64,000 bases of DNA, from the NCBI GenBank assembly GCA_045598885.1, contig JAZRVB010000121.1:3987-67986 (forward strand), in the 5' to 3' direction. Made by a program: the position numbers and the translations under genes. Below, piece after piece: positions 27,029-37,241 of the stretch. Under the pieces are notes generated by a model. It did no database searches. It had not been told where the DNA came from and worked only from the letters and a program-made list of their open reading frames with translations. The first letter of the stretch is position 1. Each line of letters starts with the position of its first letter. This stretch comes from Bacteroidales bacterium. Lineage in GTDB: Bacteria > Bacteroidota > Bacteroidia > Bacteroidales > UBA3663.

Positions 27029-29860
27029 TTAGAATCTATCATACTCTCGACAATCACTTTTTCTATCTGTTTTTGTACTAAGTATCTCATGCAGCAGAGT
27101 GGTAATCTTTTCTTCTTCTCTGCTATCTGTTGTGCTACAGCGTAAGAGTGGGATTCCATTTTTTTTGAAGATGCTATCTTTCTTCATATCGCGTTCTTTC
27201 TGCTCATTGGCAGTTTCAGCATAGTGGAACTGATAGCCATCTGTCTCAATTGCCAGAATTGGCTTGTTTGTGAGTTTGTTGAAAATCAGCAAGTCTGTAT
27301 GAGACATTGTATTCCGGACGAATGACCTTTCTTCATCAGTCATCTGAGAGTCTTTTCCAAAAATATTCTTTAGAGAATAATTTGTGTGAACAGCCAGTTG
27401 TTCAAACTCGGGTTCTTTAAGGATGCGGTCACGTACTAGCTGAAGCATGAGTATTTCCGCTGGAGATTTTACAGACTCCTTCTTCATCTGTTTCTCATAA
27501 ACTTCATCAAGGTGTGTATAGAGAATATCAAAGATTGAATGAATCTTACTCTCGATTACCTCTCCGCAGTTGTACTCTATATAATCAACCAAATCAGAAA
27601 TGATTCTGTCTTTAGGTAACTCATTTCCTGTTACAACAAGATACAGTTCTTCTTTTGCTCTCGATATAGCTACATTCATAAGGCAAGGGTCATCGACAAA
27701 GTCATTAGGTTTGTCTGCAACGTAATCCATAATAATTACATCATTCTCCTGACCTTGGAATTTATGTACTGTATCAACCTTGGTAATGCGAGATTTTGCC
27801 TGTAGAAGATTCTCTATTGTTGCCACTTGATCTCTGTATGCGGCAACAATGCCTACATCCTTGCCTGCCAGTTTGTCGATTACCTCATCTGAGATAATCT
27901 GTGCTTCACGTAGGTTGACCGTACCACGAGCATGATTGCCGGCAACAGAACGTATGACGTGAAGAGGTTTACTATTTTCGTTGTCCTTGGACATTATCAC
28001 CAACTCTCCGTGATAAAACTCTTTATTGCAGAAGTTGATGATTTTTGGATGGCAGCGATAATGCTCTCGCAATAGGGTAGACCCGATTTGTCCATCCAAT
28101 ATATGCACAACTGACTCCAAGAAACTATACTTTGAGCAGTCGTAATATTCATTCAAAGTATTAGGGAAAAGCTGTTCAAGCTTTGGCTTTACGTCGTTTG
28201 AAATAACAGTAGGTAACTGTTTCAGATCACCTACTATAACCACATTCTTCGCTATAGATAAAGACAAAGCTCCTTGAGTAATAGACACTTGAGACGCTTC
28301 GTCCATTATTACATAATCGTATTCTACATTTTTTAGAAAACGTGCAGAAAATGCAGTACTCAGAATAATAGGATATTGTTGAATAATAGACAGTGCGTTC
28401 TTTTCTGACTTAAGTTCAGAATAATCTGAGTAAACTATCCGGTTAAGATGTTTGCTGGTTTTATTAAGATATTGCTTCAGATAGTCCATAGAGCTATCTG
28501 TCAGTTTTTTCAACAAACCATTAGCGTCAACTTTCTTGTTTTCTTCGACACATTTGTTTTTTTCTGTCAATAATTCATTTCGCCTGACTTTGTAGTACAA
28601 GCTCTGAGCTGCAAATACTATTGCATTTACTCTTTCTGGACAGAGAACCTCTTTGTTAATGCCGTAAATAAAACGACATTTGAAAAGAAATAATAAATTC
28701 TTCAGTCTTGAAAAAATATGATTCTTTTTACCAAGTAGCACTTTCGGCAGTATCGTAAAAATGGCTGAAAGTTGCGCTGAAGACAGGTTCGGTGTGATTA
28801 GGCCTTCATCAATGTCATCTTTATGATTTGTCTGAAAATGGTTCTCCTCTGTATCTAATTCCAACAGATTTTGATCTATCTGGGCAATAGTCTCGTTGTT
28901 TTCAAAAACATGTTTCAATTGTGATGAAATATGATCTATCTCATCCAACGACATACCTTCTTTGTTCCATTCTGAAATTTCAGGAGGAACAGTCTTGTCA
29001 CTTTGACTTCTAAGGAAATATTCACAATTGTCTCTATTGCCTAATTTAGCGTTAAGATAATCGAATCCGCTTTTTTTCAGTTTGTCGACTACGTTCTGTA
29101 TGGCAGAATTATTTCCAGATACCACAAGAACAGTCTTTCCTTGAATGAGAATATTGGCAATGATGTTGAGGATAGTCTGCGTTTTGCCAGTTCCTGGAGG
29201 TCCTTGTATAACGCTTATCTGATTTTCGAATGCGGCATTGACCGCCTTTAATTGGCTACCATTACTACCAAAAGGAAATATGCAAGGCTGATGTATAATG
29301 TTTCGTTTAGCTTTGTATTTCTCTGGGTAAAGGTAGGAAGCAAGAGCCGAATACTCTGGTACATAGGAAATCTTATCATAGTTTTGCCTAAGACTTATTT
29401 CGCCATTTTCCGAATTTGTCGGAATTACCGAAAGACTGGCAGCTTGCTTGAAATAGTCGAAAGCATTGTTCTTATCAAAGCCATCAATGCAAGGAGAGAT
29501 CACAATAAGTTCATTAGGACTATATAACCTTGTAGAACCATCTGTTTTTTTGATTCTCCAATATTCTTCTTTGCCAACAGCAAATCGAATTGCCTCTGAA
29601 ATATAATCTTTGCTAATTTCGTTGTTATATCTTGGGTCAATTAAAGTGTAGGAATTTATATCAACGTGCTCACCCTTTTCACAATAACGAACATTTATTG
29701 TTTGTGCACGAAAAGGGGTGTCATAATACTTGTTTTTGTAAAGATAATTGCCTTTGCCTTTATTCTCAAACTGTACCCATTCAACCTCATCGGTCAAATC
29801 TTTCCAGAATTGACCACCATCTTTTTTGGGTATTAAAACTAAGAATAAAAAGTCATTCAT
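27029..29860 (-). CDS. SF1 (Upf1/DNA2-like) helicase fused to a C-terminal DUF2726-type PD-(D/E)XK nuclease-like domain, with an unknown ~200-aa N-terminal domain
   Basis: 943 aa. 'IQGPPGTGKTQ' (Walker A), 'VIMDEASQ', 'VGDLKQLP', 'EHYRCHPKI', 'VHKFQGQENDVII', 'NVAISRAKEEL'. The C-terminus is 'HTDLLIFNKLTNKPILAIETDGYQFH...RDMKKDSIFKKNGIPLLR'. The gene is visibly AT-rich. Confidence 0.8.
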   Translation of the reverse strand: MNDFLFLVLIPKKDGGQFWKDLTDEVEWVQFENKGKGNYLYKNKYYDTPFRAQTINVRYCEKGEHVDINSYTLIDPRYNNEISKDYISEAIRFAVGKEEYWRIKKTDGSTRLYSPNELIVISPCIDGFDKNNAFDYFKQAASLSVIPTNSENGEISLRQNYDKISYVPEYSALASYLYPEKYKAKRNIIHQPCIFPFGSNGSQLKAVNAAFENQISVIQGPPGTGKTQTILNIIANILIQGKTVLVVSGNNSAIQNVVDKLKKSGFDYLNAKLGNRDNCEYFLRSQSDKTVPPEISEWNKEGMSLDEIDHISSQLKHVFENNETIAQIDQNLLELDTEENHFQTNHKDDIDEGLITPNLSSAQLSAIFTILPKVLLGKKNHIFSRLKNLLFLFKCRFIYGINKEVLCPERVNAIVFAAQSLYYKVRRNELLTEKNKCVEENKKVDANGLLKKLTDSSMDYLKQYLNKTSKHLNRIVYSDYSELKSEKNALSIIQQYPIILSTAFSARFLKNVEYDYVIMDEASQVSITQGALSLSIAKNVVIVGDLKQLPTVISNDVKPKLEQLFPNTLNEYYDCSKYSFLESVVHILDGQIGSTLLREHYRCHPKIINFCNKEFYHGELVIMSKDNENSKPLHVIRSVAGNHARGTVNLREAQIISDEVIDKLAGKDVGIVAAYRDQVATIENLLQAKSRITKVDTVHKFQGQENDVIIMDYVADKPNDFVDDPCLMNVAISRAKEELYLVVTGNELPKDRIISDLVDYIEYNCGEVIESKIHSIFDILYTHLDEVYEKQMKKESVKSPAEILMLQLVRDRILKEPEFEQLAVHTNYSLKNIFGKDSQMTDEERSFVRNTMSHTDLLIFNKLTNKPILAIETDGYQFHYAETANEQKERDMKKDSIFKKNGIPLLRCSTTDSREEEKITTLLHEILSTKTDRKSDCREYDRF

Positions 29861-29933
29861 CAGAGGGTAATTACTAATTGATTACTATAAGTCCAACTTG
29901 GCAGAAAAGATTAAATTGCGCTGCAAATGTACG

Positions 29934-29971
29934 AAAAAAACGCGACCTGGCAAAACAAATCGCGTTTTTTT
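29934..29971. terminator. Bidirectional-looking hairpin (A7-CGCGA...TCGCG-T7)
   Basis: A perfect short stem flanked by an A-run and a T-run. It lies between the end of the 30234 gene and the helicase start. Confidence 0.5.
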
Positions 29972-30233
29972 GTTGAAAAATCTTGATGTAGTCCAGAACT
30001 GTTGAATGGTCAGATGTGGCTTCATAAAGCAGCATATAGTCAACCCTATAGAATAGGGCCTGTGTATGCCGGCCCATTTGTTCCTGTCTTTGAAGTCTTA
30101 TCTATCATACTTGTAGTCATCATGAGAGTGAAAGAAAGCGCTGAAACAACCTTTGAAAATCAATGCGATAATCCACCAGAAAGCAAGAAGAGAAAACATA
30201 GTCGTATAGTTTTAGAAGGATTTGTTAATATTG

Positions 30234-30956
30234 TTATTTTACACAGAATGTACCTACAGGAATCGCAGAGGCTGTGATGACAGACATAAAGAAGATACCG
30301 TACTGGCCAGCCTCAATTTCGTTAGCAGGGATGGTGAGCAAGTAGGACTGTTCGCCGTACTTATGTCCTGTGAAGTACACATAGCCACCGTTCTTTGTCT
30401 CGTCACTACCCAGGAATGAAGGTTCAAATTCCATCCATTGGATACGACGGTCTTTCTTGGTAGTGTTGAAACGAACGATTCTGTAGATGCCCATAGGATC
30501 CTGCTCGTTATTCTCACCCTTGATGAGAAGACGTATATCCTCACCGTTCCATTCGTATGTATATGAAGAAGATTTCCCTTGGAATATCACGTCCATGCCC
30601 GATGAACTTGCCAGTGCACTGACGGATGATGCCATGCTTGCGGTAGATGCGGCAGTACGTGCTGCGTTAAGGCCGGTCATTGCACCGCTTATGTTGCCAG
30701 AGTTGAGACCGATTGCAGCACCGAACAGTCCGACCTTGCTGGCTGCACCTGCTGCCTTGCTGATCTTGCCCATGATACTCTTGGTCTTGTTCTCATGTTT
30801 GCCTATAGAGCCATTCTCTTTAGGTAATACGTCATACGTGCTGTCTGACGTTAGGATACAATAGCTGTTTACGAACTCAGGTTCTGGAATAGCGGTCTGA
30901 GCGATGGCGGTTGTTGACAGCAGGGCAGCAAAAGCCATGATAAAGATTTTGTTCAT
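30234..30956 (-). CDS. Secreted hypothetical protein with a Gly/Ala/Ser-rich central segment
   Basis: Start taken at MNKIFIMAFAALLSTTAIAQT (signal peptide). The central segment is 'AAGAASKVGLFGAAIGLNSGNISGAMTGLNAARTAASTASMASS', and the C-terminal domain looks beta-rich. No family recognised. Confidence 0.55.
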   Translation of the reverse strand: MNKIFIMAFAALLSTTAIAQTAIPEPEFVNSYCILTSDSTYDVLPKENGSIGKHENKTKSIMGKISKAAGAASKVGLFGAAIGLNSGNISGAMTGLNAARTAASTASMASSVSALASSSGMDVIFQGKSSSYTYEWNGEDIRLLIKGENNEQDPMGIYRIVRFNTTKKDRRIQWMEFEPSFLGSDETKNGGYVYFTGHKYGEQSYLLTIPANEIEAGQYGIFFMSVITASAIPVGTFCVK

Positions 30957-31191
30957 GATGAGAAAGTATGATATGTTAGACTTTCCCATGGCGCCATGAG
31001 GTTTTGGATTCCGGGTGCAAAGGTAGGCACAATAAATCAAACAAAAAAATCGGATTAACAGTTAAAAGCCTCGCGTGCGAAATCTGTTTCTTGACACGCG
31101 CGCGAGATTTAACAATTTTAATCTCTTTTAACAGATTCTGGTCGTATTATTCATTTTTTCCCCTTATCTTTGCAGAAAAAATCTGTTACCT

Positions 31192-32229
31192 ATGATGAAA
31201 ATCTTATTCCTTTTCATGATTCTGCTTCCGACTGTCTTGCTTGCTCAGGTCAGGACTGATTACACACCAGGGATGGATTTGCCAGTCAGGATTGATCTTA
31301 AGGAACTTAGTGTTCCTAGAGCTTTTATTCTTAATATCGAGATGAAGTTCAGTAAGAACACCAATCGTTATTGCCTTCATATCAATCATAGTATAACGAC
31401 GGGCCTTCACCCTTTAGAGGTCGATAGCATCATGTCCGTAGTATGGGGAAACTACGACCTAAAGTATAAGCAAGACTTTTTCGTACAATTATTGAAGGAT
31501 ATGCATCTGCCTTTCAAATCGGGTGTGTTACAGTCACCTGATGAAGGTCACACCCGATGGACTGATAATGCTGCCTATAAGGGAGTGATGTTTGAAGAGC
31601 GTACAAGAACTTTTTCTTTTGAGGATATAACACACCCGTTGTATGGTCTCATGAAGCATTCTGATTATATGACCTTCGATCATCTGGATGCAACTGATCT
31701 TGTTGTCAGGGATCGTCAAATCAAGTCATTTATGTTAGTGAACAAGGCTTATAATCCCAAAGATGTAAGGCATAAGTACGTCCCTAAACTCTATTTCATG
31801 GTCCGATTCGAAGAAATGGAAGATACAGACTCTTATGTCGTTGCTCTTAGTCCTGATGAGAGCCTTGCTGTAGGTCGGTATCTCCTTGGCGAAAATACAA
31901 TCTTTGATAAAAAGGTAATGATTGAGTACATGCTTCAGAATCTGAAAGTAGAAAGTGCCAGGGATCAGAAGGATGGCTGGAGATTTTATACTACTAAACG
32001 GACCGTACAGGCAAGGAAAGGAATAAACATCATGGACTTCATCAACATCTTTGTCCCTGGAGCCTTCAGTAATGAGGAAATCGCTAGATTCGAGGCTTTG
32101 CCTGTAGAACAGAGAAAGTTCATCACAAACATTGCCACTGGTGTCGCTTTGAATAATGCTCCTACCATGATGGACTCTTTCAACAGTGCTCAACAGGCTG
32201 TGATTGCAGATCATGACAATGCAAGATAA
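31192..32229 (+). CDS. Secreted hypothetical protein
   Basis: 345 aa with signal peptide MMKILFLFMILLPTVLLAQ. No recognisable motif. Confidence 0.55.
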   Translation: MMKILFLFMILLPTVLLAQVRTDYTPGMDLPVRIDLKELSVPRAFILNIEMKFSKNTNRYCLHINHSITTGLHPLEVDSIMSVVWGNYDLKYKQDFFVQLLKDMHLPFKSGVLQSPDEGHTRWTDNAAYKGVMFEERTRTFSFEDITHPLYGLMKHSDYMTFDHLDATDLVVRDRQIKSFMLVNKAYNPKDVRHKYVPKLYFMVRFEEMEDTDSYVVALSPDESLAVGRYLLGENTIFDKKVMIEYMLQNLKVESARDQKDGWRFYTTKRTVQARKGINIMDFINIFVPGAFSNEEIARFEALPVEQRKFITNIATGVALNNAPTMMDSFNSAQQAVIADHDNAR

Positions 32230-32662
32230 TTGTGATACCCCTTAATTTATTCAATTTATATTACAGGTTTTTTATAGTTTCCTGTTCGGATTTTTGAGAA
32301 TAGCGATGGCACGAGTTACATAAACCTTGCCATCGCTAAGTTTAATTTATACTAATTCTTGGCTTTTCACACTTCTGTCATCTCAATAGTCATGAACGTG
32401 TATTATGTTTGTTGGTTCGTAAAAAAACGTTTTTGAAGATGCCTTTTGGGGAACAGATAATGGTGTCCTATCAGTCTTCCAACATTAAATCATTTTCGTA
32501 GAAAAATTCTAAGTAAAATTACTGATTAAGCATATAAATTATCAGTATTCGGTTACAATCATTCGCAATATTTGTTAAATAACAGGAGTTCGGGTTTTGT
32601 TTTTCAATAATAATTGGAAGTATCAATATAATTAATTATATTTGCGCGCAAAAATTATTATC

Positions 32663-33175
32663 ATGACTCAGTTCGTATCAGATGAAGAGCACTATGAAGT
32701 AGTACTCGAAAAGATGCTCAAAGCACAGCATGTCCTCTGGATCGGCACAGCCGACATCAAGGACTTGTATGTGAAGAAAGGAAACGGCTCGCAGCCGCTT
32801 CTCGGTGCATTGTCTGATCTGCTGAAGAGAGGTGTTGAGATCCGTTTGATCCATGCCAAGGAGCCAGGTCCGAACTTCAGGGAGGACTTTGACAAATATC
32901 CGATCCTGGCAGAGAGGCTTGAGAGGGTACTCTGCAACAGGGTTCACTTCAAGATCATCGTTATCGACTGCGAATGGGCCTATGTCGGCTCTGCTAACCT
33001 CACAGGTGCTGGCATGGGTATGAAATCACCACATAAGCGTAACTTCGAGGCAGGCATCTTCTCCGATGAGCCGCATCTGGTGGATGGCGCTATGGAGGAG
33101 TTTGATAGAATCTGGCGAGGTGATGAGTGTAAGGAATGCGGACGCAAGGACTTCTGCATTGATAGGATCAAGTAA
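32663..33175 (+). CDS. Small phospholipase D-family (Nuc-like, single HKD) protein
   Basis: Start taken at the ATG at 32663. 'VHFKIIVIDCEWAYVGSANLTGAG' is an HxK(x)4D(x)6GSxN motif. The ~170-aa size is typical of PLD nucleases that dimerise. Confidence 0.75.
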   Translation: MTQFVSDEEHYEVVLEKMLKAQHVLWIGTADIKDLYVKKGNGSQPLLGALSDLLKRGVEIRLIHAKEPGPNFREDFDKYPILAERLERVLCNRVHFKIIVIDCEWAYVGSANLTGAGMGMKSPHKRNFEAGIFSDEPHLVDGAMEEFDRIWRGDECKECGRKDFCIDRIK

Positions 33176-33214
33176 TACGAACGACGAAACAATAAAACAT
33201 CATATCGGATATCT

Positions 33215-33544
33215 ATGGATGTATTTGAGATGAAATTCGCAAAGGTCTTTCCTTGCCTCATTGCTAAGGCTGAAAAGAAGGGTAGAACACGCTGTGAGGT
33301 GTATGAGGTCACCCATTGGCTCTTTGGCTACTCTGAGCAGGAGCTGGAGGCGTTGCTTGAAAGCGATGTTACATACGGCGATTTCATCGATAACGCACCG
33401 TCAAAGAATCCTGAAAGGATGAATATCAAGGGAAGGATCTGCGGCATCAAGGTCGAAGAGATTGAAGACCCAAGAATGAGAGACTTACGCATTCTGGACA
33501 AACTGGTCGATGACCTTGCCAAGGGAAAACGATTATTTCAATAA
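33215..33544 (+). CDS. DUF2200 domain protein
   Basis: 109 aa. 'FAKVFPCLIAKAEKKGRT..EVYEVTHWLFGY' and 'IKGRICGIKVEEIEDPRMRDLRILDKLVDDLAKGK' match the conserved DUF2200 pattern as recalled. Confidence 0.7.
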   Translation: MDVFEMKFAKVFPCLIAKAEKKGRTRCEVYEVTHWLFGYSEQELEALLESDVTYGDFIDNAPSKNPERMNIKGRICGIKVEEIEDPRMRDLRILDKLVDDLAKGKRLFQ

Positions 33545-33557
33545 AAAAACTAAGATC

Positions 33558-35108
33558 ATGAAACATTTAGCAACAATGACACTGCTAATCTGCTCATCGG
33601 TTGCACTACATGCGCAATCGAAGGTTTATACACTGGCAGATTGGAACATCGAAGGCTACGATATATCCTCAGAACTTGCGCTTAATGTAAGTGAGTACAA
33701 GCTCAATTTCAATCATCCTCTGCCTTATACTGATATGCAGAAACAATGGAGCTTGAAGGCAGAACTGAAATGCGGCACCACGGGTACCGAACAGGTATTC
33801 GTTTGCAAGGAGGGCAAGGGTAGTTTCCTGATTGGCAAAAACTCGCTTCATGGCGACATCTCTATAGGTTACGACAACATGGAGCAAAGGTTCTTTGTCG
33901 AGGTAATTGACAAGGACGAGAATCCACATCGCCTCTTTGCAGGAAATATTGTAGAAAAAGATACATGGCATAGGGTAGAAGCGCAGGGTGTATATGACGA
34001 GAAGAAAGGCTCATCACAGCTAACTCTCTCGGTCGATGGCAAGAATGCGACGCTCGAATACCCAGGCAAGGCGCTACGTCACAACGCTTCGCTGTGGGTG
34101 GTCGGTCATGGTTTTCCAGGCGGCTATCCCAACTCACTTCAGGTTAGACAGGGAGCCATCCGTAACCTTGAGATAAGCGGAGAACCATTGCCTCGTGTAG
34201 AGGGTCAGAACCCACTGTTCTCAGGCCGATTCACAGCCGATCCAGCTTTTACCGTCGTAGGAGACACTGTCTATGCATACGTAGGCGAAGACCGTGCGGA
34301 TGTCGGAGGATGGTTCAACATGCCACGATGGATTTGCTATTCTTCGACTGACATGATCCATTGGACAGACCGAGGTGAGGTGCTAGCTGCATCTGCTTTC
34401 AGCTATGCTCAACCTAATGGAGCATGGGCAGCACAGGTTGTTCCGGCCAATGGCAAATACTACTATTACGTGACCCTTGACCGCAAGGACAACCGCGAAC
34501 ACACTATAGATGTGGCAGTCAGTGACTCTCCGACAGGACCTTTCTTTCCTGCACGCAAGGATGGTACTCCGCTCATCACCGACGGCATGACACCCGATTC
34601 GCACCGTCCGAATGCAGACATTGACCCGACGGTCTTTATTGACGATGACGACACTCCATGGATGGCGTGGGGCAATGGTGACTGCTACATGGTAAAGCTG
34701 AAGAAGAACATGACGGAGTTGGATGGCAAGGTGCGTCGTGTGGGTATGCGCAACTACTCAGAGGGTCCTTGGCTCATGAAGCGAGGCGACCTCTATTATC
34801 TGATCTACGCCAGCGATGCACCAGGCGTACAGGAGGAACAGATGGCATACAGTACGGCACCTAGCATAGAAGGCCCTTGGACATACGGAGGCTTTGTCAG
34901 CACTTCGGCAAACCACGGCTTCACCATCCATCCTTCGGTCATCGAATTCAAGGGCAAGTGGTACTACATCTATCATGACGGATCGTACATGCAGAACGGA
35001 GAACCTGGTGGCCAGTGCCGTCGAAGTGTCTGTGCTGAATACCTACACTTCAACCCAGATGGCTCAATCCAGTTTGTGCCTCTCACACAGGAAGGTCTCT
35101 CTCGATGA
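33558..35108 (+). CDS. Glycoside hydrolase family 43 protein with an N-terminal lectin-like domain
   Basis: Start at MKHLATMTLLICSSVALHAQS. GH43 blocks are 'NPLFSGRFTADPAF', 'GAWAAQVV', 'DIDPTVFIDDDDTPWMAWGNG' and 'EGPWLMKRGDLYYLIYA'. Confidence 0.85.
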   Translation: MKHLATMTLLICSSVALHAQSKVYTLADWNIEGYDISSELALNVSEYKLNFNHPLPYTDMQKQWSLKAELKCGTTGTEQVFVCKEGKGSFLIGKNSLHGDISIGYDNMEQRFFVEVIDKDENPHRLFAGNIVEKDTWHRVEAQGVYDEKKGSSQLTLSVDGKNATLEYPGKALRHNASLWVVGHGFPGGYPNSLQVRQGAIRNLEISGEPLPRVEGQNPLFSGRFTADPAFTVVGDTVYAYVGEDRADVGGWFNMPRWICYSSTDMIHWTDRGEVLAASAFSYAQPNGAWAAQVVPANGKYYYYVTLDRKDNREHTIDVAVSDSPTGPFFPARKDGTPLITDGMTPDSHRPNADIDPTVFIDDDDTPWMAWGNGDCYMVKLKKNMTELDGKVRRVGMRNYSEGPWLMKRGDLYYLIYASDAPGVQEEQMAYSTAPSIEGPWTYGGFVSTSANHGFTIHPSVIEFKGKWYYIYHDGSYMQNGEPGGQCRRSVCAEYLHFNPDGSIQFVPLTQEGLSR

Positions 35109-35142
35109 GATCAAATAAAAAACTGTGACAATCACGTAAACA

Positions 35143-35823
35143 ATGAAAGTCGAGACATTCGTTTGTAACTATCTCAATGAGAACTGCTACGTTGTCAGCT
35201 TTGACAATGGTGAGGGTTTCATCGTGGATTGCGGAGCCATCAAGAAGGTAGAGCGCAAGGCCATCGAGGACTATGTCAAGTCCAATGGCATAACGCTGAA
35301 GGCGTGTCTCAACACCCACATGCATTATGACCATGCCTTTGGACTACCTTTTGTCAAGAAGAAGTATGGACTCGTTCCTCAGTGTAGTCCGAAGGAGCAA
35401 GGTAACTATGAACGCAAGGAGTGGTGGGTACACATGTTGAGGACAGTGGCCACACTGACACAGGGAAGACCCCTCTTCGAGTTCATGCCCAAGCCTGACT
35501 ATTCCCTTACTGACGGGACAAAGCTCATGATCGGAGGTACGGAGATCAGAGTCATCGAGACTCCTGGTCATTCGGTGGGAGGTCTCTGTTTCTATCTGCC
35601 AAAAGAGAATGTCCTTTTCACTGGTGATACTATTTTCTATGACACCATCGGCAATACGAGGGATAAGGATGCCAATATGGATGACATGGAACAGTCCATC
35701 GGTAAGATCTTCAAGATGGTTCCCAAGAATGCGACTTTCTACCCAGGTCATGGTGAAGGAACTACCCTTGGAGGTTTTGTAGAGAATTACAGGAAGAGGG
35801 TAGAACGTGCTAATGAGAATTAG
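35143..35823 (+). CDS. MBL-fold metallo-hydrolase
   Basis: 226 aa. 'NTHMHYDHAFG' (HxHxDH) and 'ETPGHSVGG'. Confidence 0.85.
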   Translation: MKVETFVCNYLNENCYVVSFDNGEGFIVDCGAIKKVERKAIEDYVKSNGITLKACLNTHMHYDHAFGLPFVKKKYGLVPQCSPKEQGNYERKEWWVHMLRTVATLTQGRPLFEFMPKPDYSLTDGTKLMIGGTEIRVIETPGHSVGGLCFYLPKENVLFTGDTIFYDTIGNTRDKDANMDDMEQSIGKIFKMVPKNATFYPGHGEGTTLGGFVENYRKRVERANEN

Positions 35824-35844
35824 GATTCATCAAAATATAAGACT

Positions 35845-36120
35845 ATGCAATTCGTAATAAAGGCTTATGATGGCGAGGGAATGCTTGCCAAGAGGATGGA
35901 GGTGCGTCCTCGTCATCTGGAAGGCATGGAAAAACAGAGAAGTCATGTCATTTGTGCAGGAGGTTTGCTCGATGACGAAGGAAAGATGATAGGCTCCATG
36001 CTCGTCATGGAGTTCGAGAGCCGTGAACAGCTGGATGACTATCTCGCCAATGAACCCTATGTGAAGGAGCATGTATGGGAAAAGATGGAAGTCGAACGTA
36101 TCAATGTAGTCATTCGATAA
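35845..36120 (+). CDS. YciI-family protein
   Basis: 91 aa. 'RPRHLEGMEK...VICAGGLLDDEGKMIGSMLVMEFESREQLDDYLANEPY' matches the YciI-like fold signature. Confidence 0.7.
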   Translation: MQFVIKAYDGEGMLAKRMEVRPRHLEGMEKQRSHVICAGGLLDDEGKMIGSMLVMEFESREQLDDYLANEPYVKEHVWEKMEVERINVVIR

Positions 36121-36138
36121 CGGATAAAGATTGAAACT

Positions 36139-36741
36139 ATGAAGAGGTATTTTATCTTATTATTGTCAACCTTGATGCTCTCTGCTTGTAGTGGAAACAA
36201 GGCGCAGAGCAATGCGAGTGCAGAAACTGCAACAGAGAATGTAGAGGTTGCCACAGAAGAAAACCGCCAGGAACTGTTGTGGGGTTTTGTAAGCGTAGAT
36301 AATGACCAGCTTGCCGCCATTGAAGGATACGACCGCGATGAGTTTTACGAGGCTCAGGAGTTCCTGATGGAAGTGCTCAACCCAGGCGAGGACGTTGATA
36401 CCTATTCCGAGGAATGGATTACGGCTCATTGCTCGGCTGAGATGAAGCAGTTCCTGCGTGATCAATATGACTTCGATGGAGAAGGCTATGCAAAATGGCT
36501 GATGGAGGGACGATTTGCCGGAGAAGGCGAATACGATACTGAAGTGACAGGCTTCGGCTACGGAGATCGCAACGGCAAGCCAGTGTATTCCATCGAGAAA
36601 CGTTATGCTTTCGAAGGAATGGAAAGTTTTGTCCGTAATCTCTACTTCGGTCTTCAGCGCAAAGGCGATGAGTTCATCATCACTTCGTTCGAGATGAATC
36701 TGGAGCCGAAAGACCCTACGGTGAGTGCGTTCCAGAATTGA
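36139..36741 (+). CDS. Hypothetical lipoprotein
   Basis: 200 aa with lipobox 'LMLSAC'. No family recognised. Confidence 0.55.
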   Translation: MKRYFILLLSTLMLSACSGNKAQSNASAETATENVEVATEENRQELLWGFVSVDNDQLAAIEGYDRDEFYEAQEFLMEVLNPGEDVDTYSEEWITAHCSAEMKQFLRDQYDFDGEGYAKWLMEGRFAGEGEYDTEVTGFGYGDRNGKPVYSIEKRYAFEGMESFVRNLYFGLQRKGDEFIITSFEMNLEPKDPTVSAFQN

Positions 36742-36802
36742 GCTAGGTATTGATCACTCACACTCCTTGTCAAGAAAATCGTGACAACAAGACACAAGTG
36801 AA

Positions 36803-37231
36803 ATGGCACTATTGACACTGCATCGCAAGCAACGCTTCAAGGTTGCTATTCCGTACTGGGTGTTCATCGACGGACAGCCAGTAGGTATGATGCGGAGCAG
36901 TGATGTGGGTATTGAGCTTCCCGAAGGTTCATATAACCTTGCAGTCAAGATAGTGCTTGGTCTATGGAAATGGCGCTTTGACATCGGAGGCGATACGGTA
37001 GTCACTCTCTCAGAGCAGCTGCCTACAAGAGTGAGGATCACTGACAGAGAACGATGGTGGAACCTGCTGTTCGACCTTGACTTGGTAATCTGGATAGCCT
37101 GTATGTTCATCGAACTGCCAGAGCCGTGGAACGTGGTCTATCATGTTTTATCCGAAGGGTTCTTCGCAATCTGGATTCTTCGCATCCTCATAATCAGGAA
37201 GCGATACTTCAAGTTAAAAACAAGTTATTGA
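36803..37231 (+). CDS. Hypothetical membrane protein
   Basis: 142 aa with C-terminal TM segments (LLFDLDLVIWIACMFI, FFAIWILRILII). Confidence 0.45.
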   Translation: MALLTLHRKQRFKVAIPYWVFIDGQPVGMMRSSDVGIELPEGSYNLAVKIVLGLWKWRFDIGGDTVVTLSEQLPTRVRITDRERWWNLLFDLDLVIWIACMFIELPEPWNVVYHVLSEGFFAIWILRILIIRKRYFKLKTSY

Positions 37232-37241
37232 ACAACATAAA

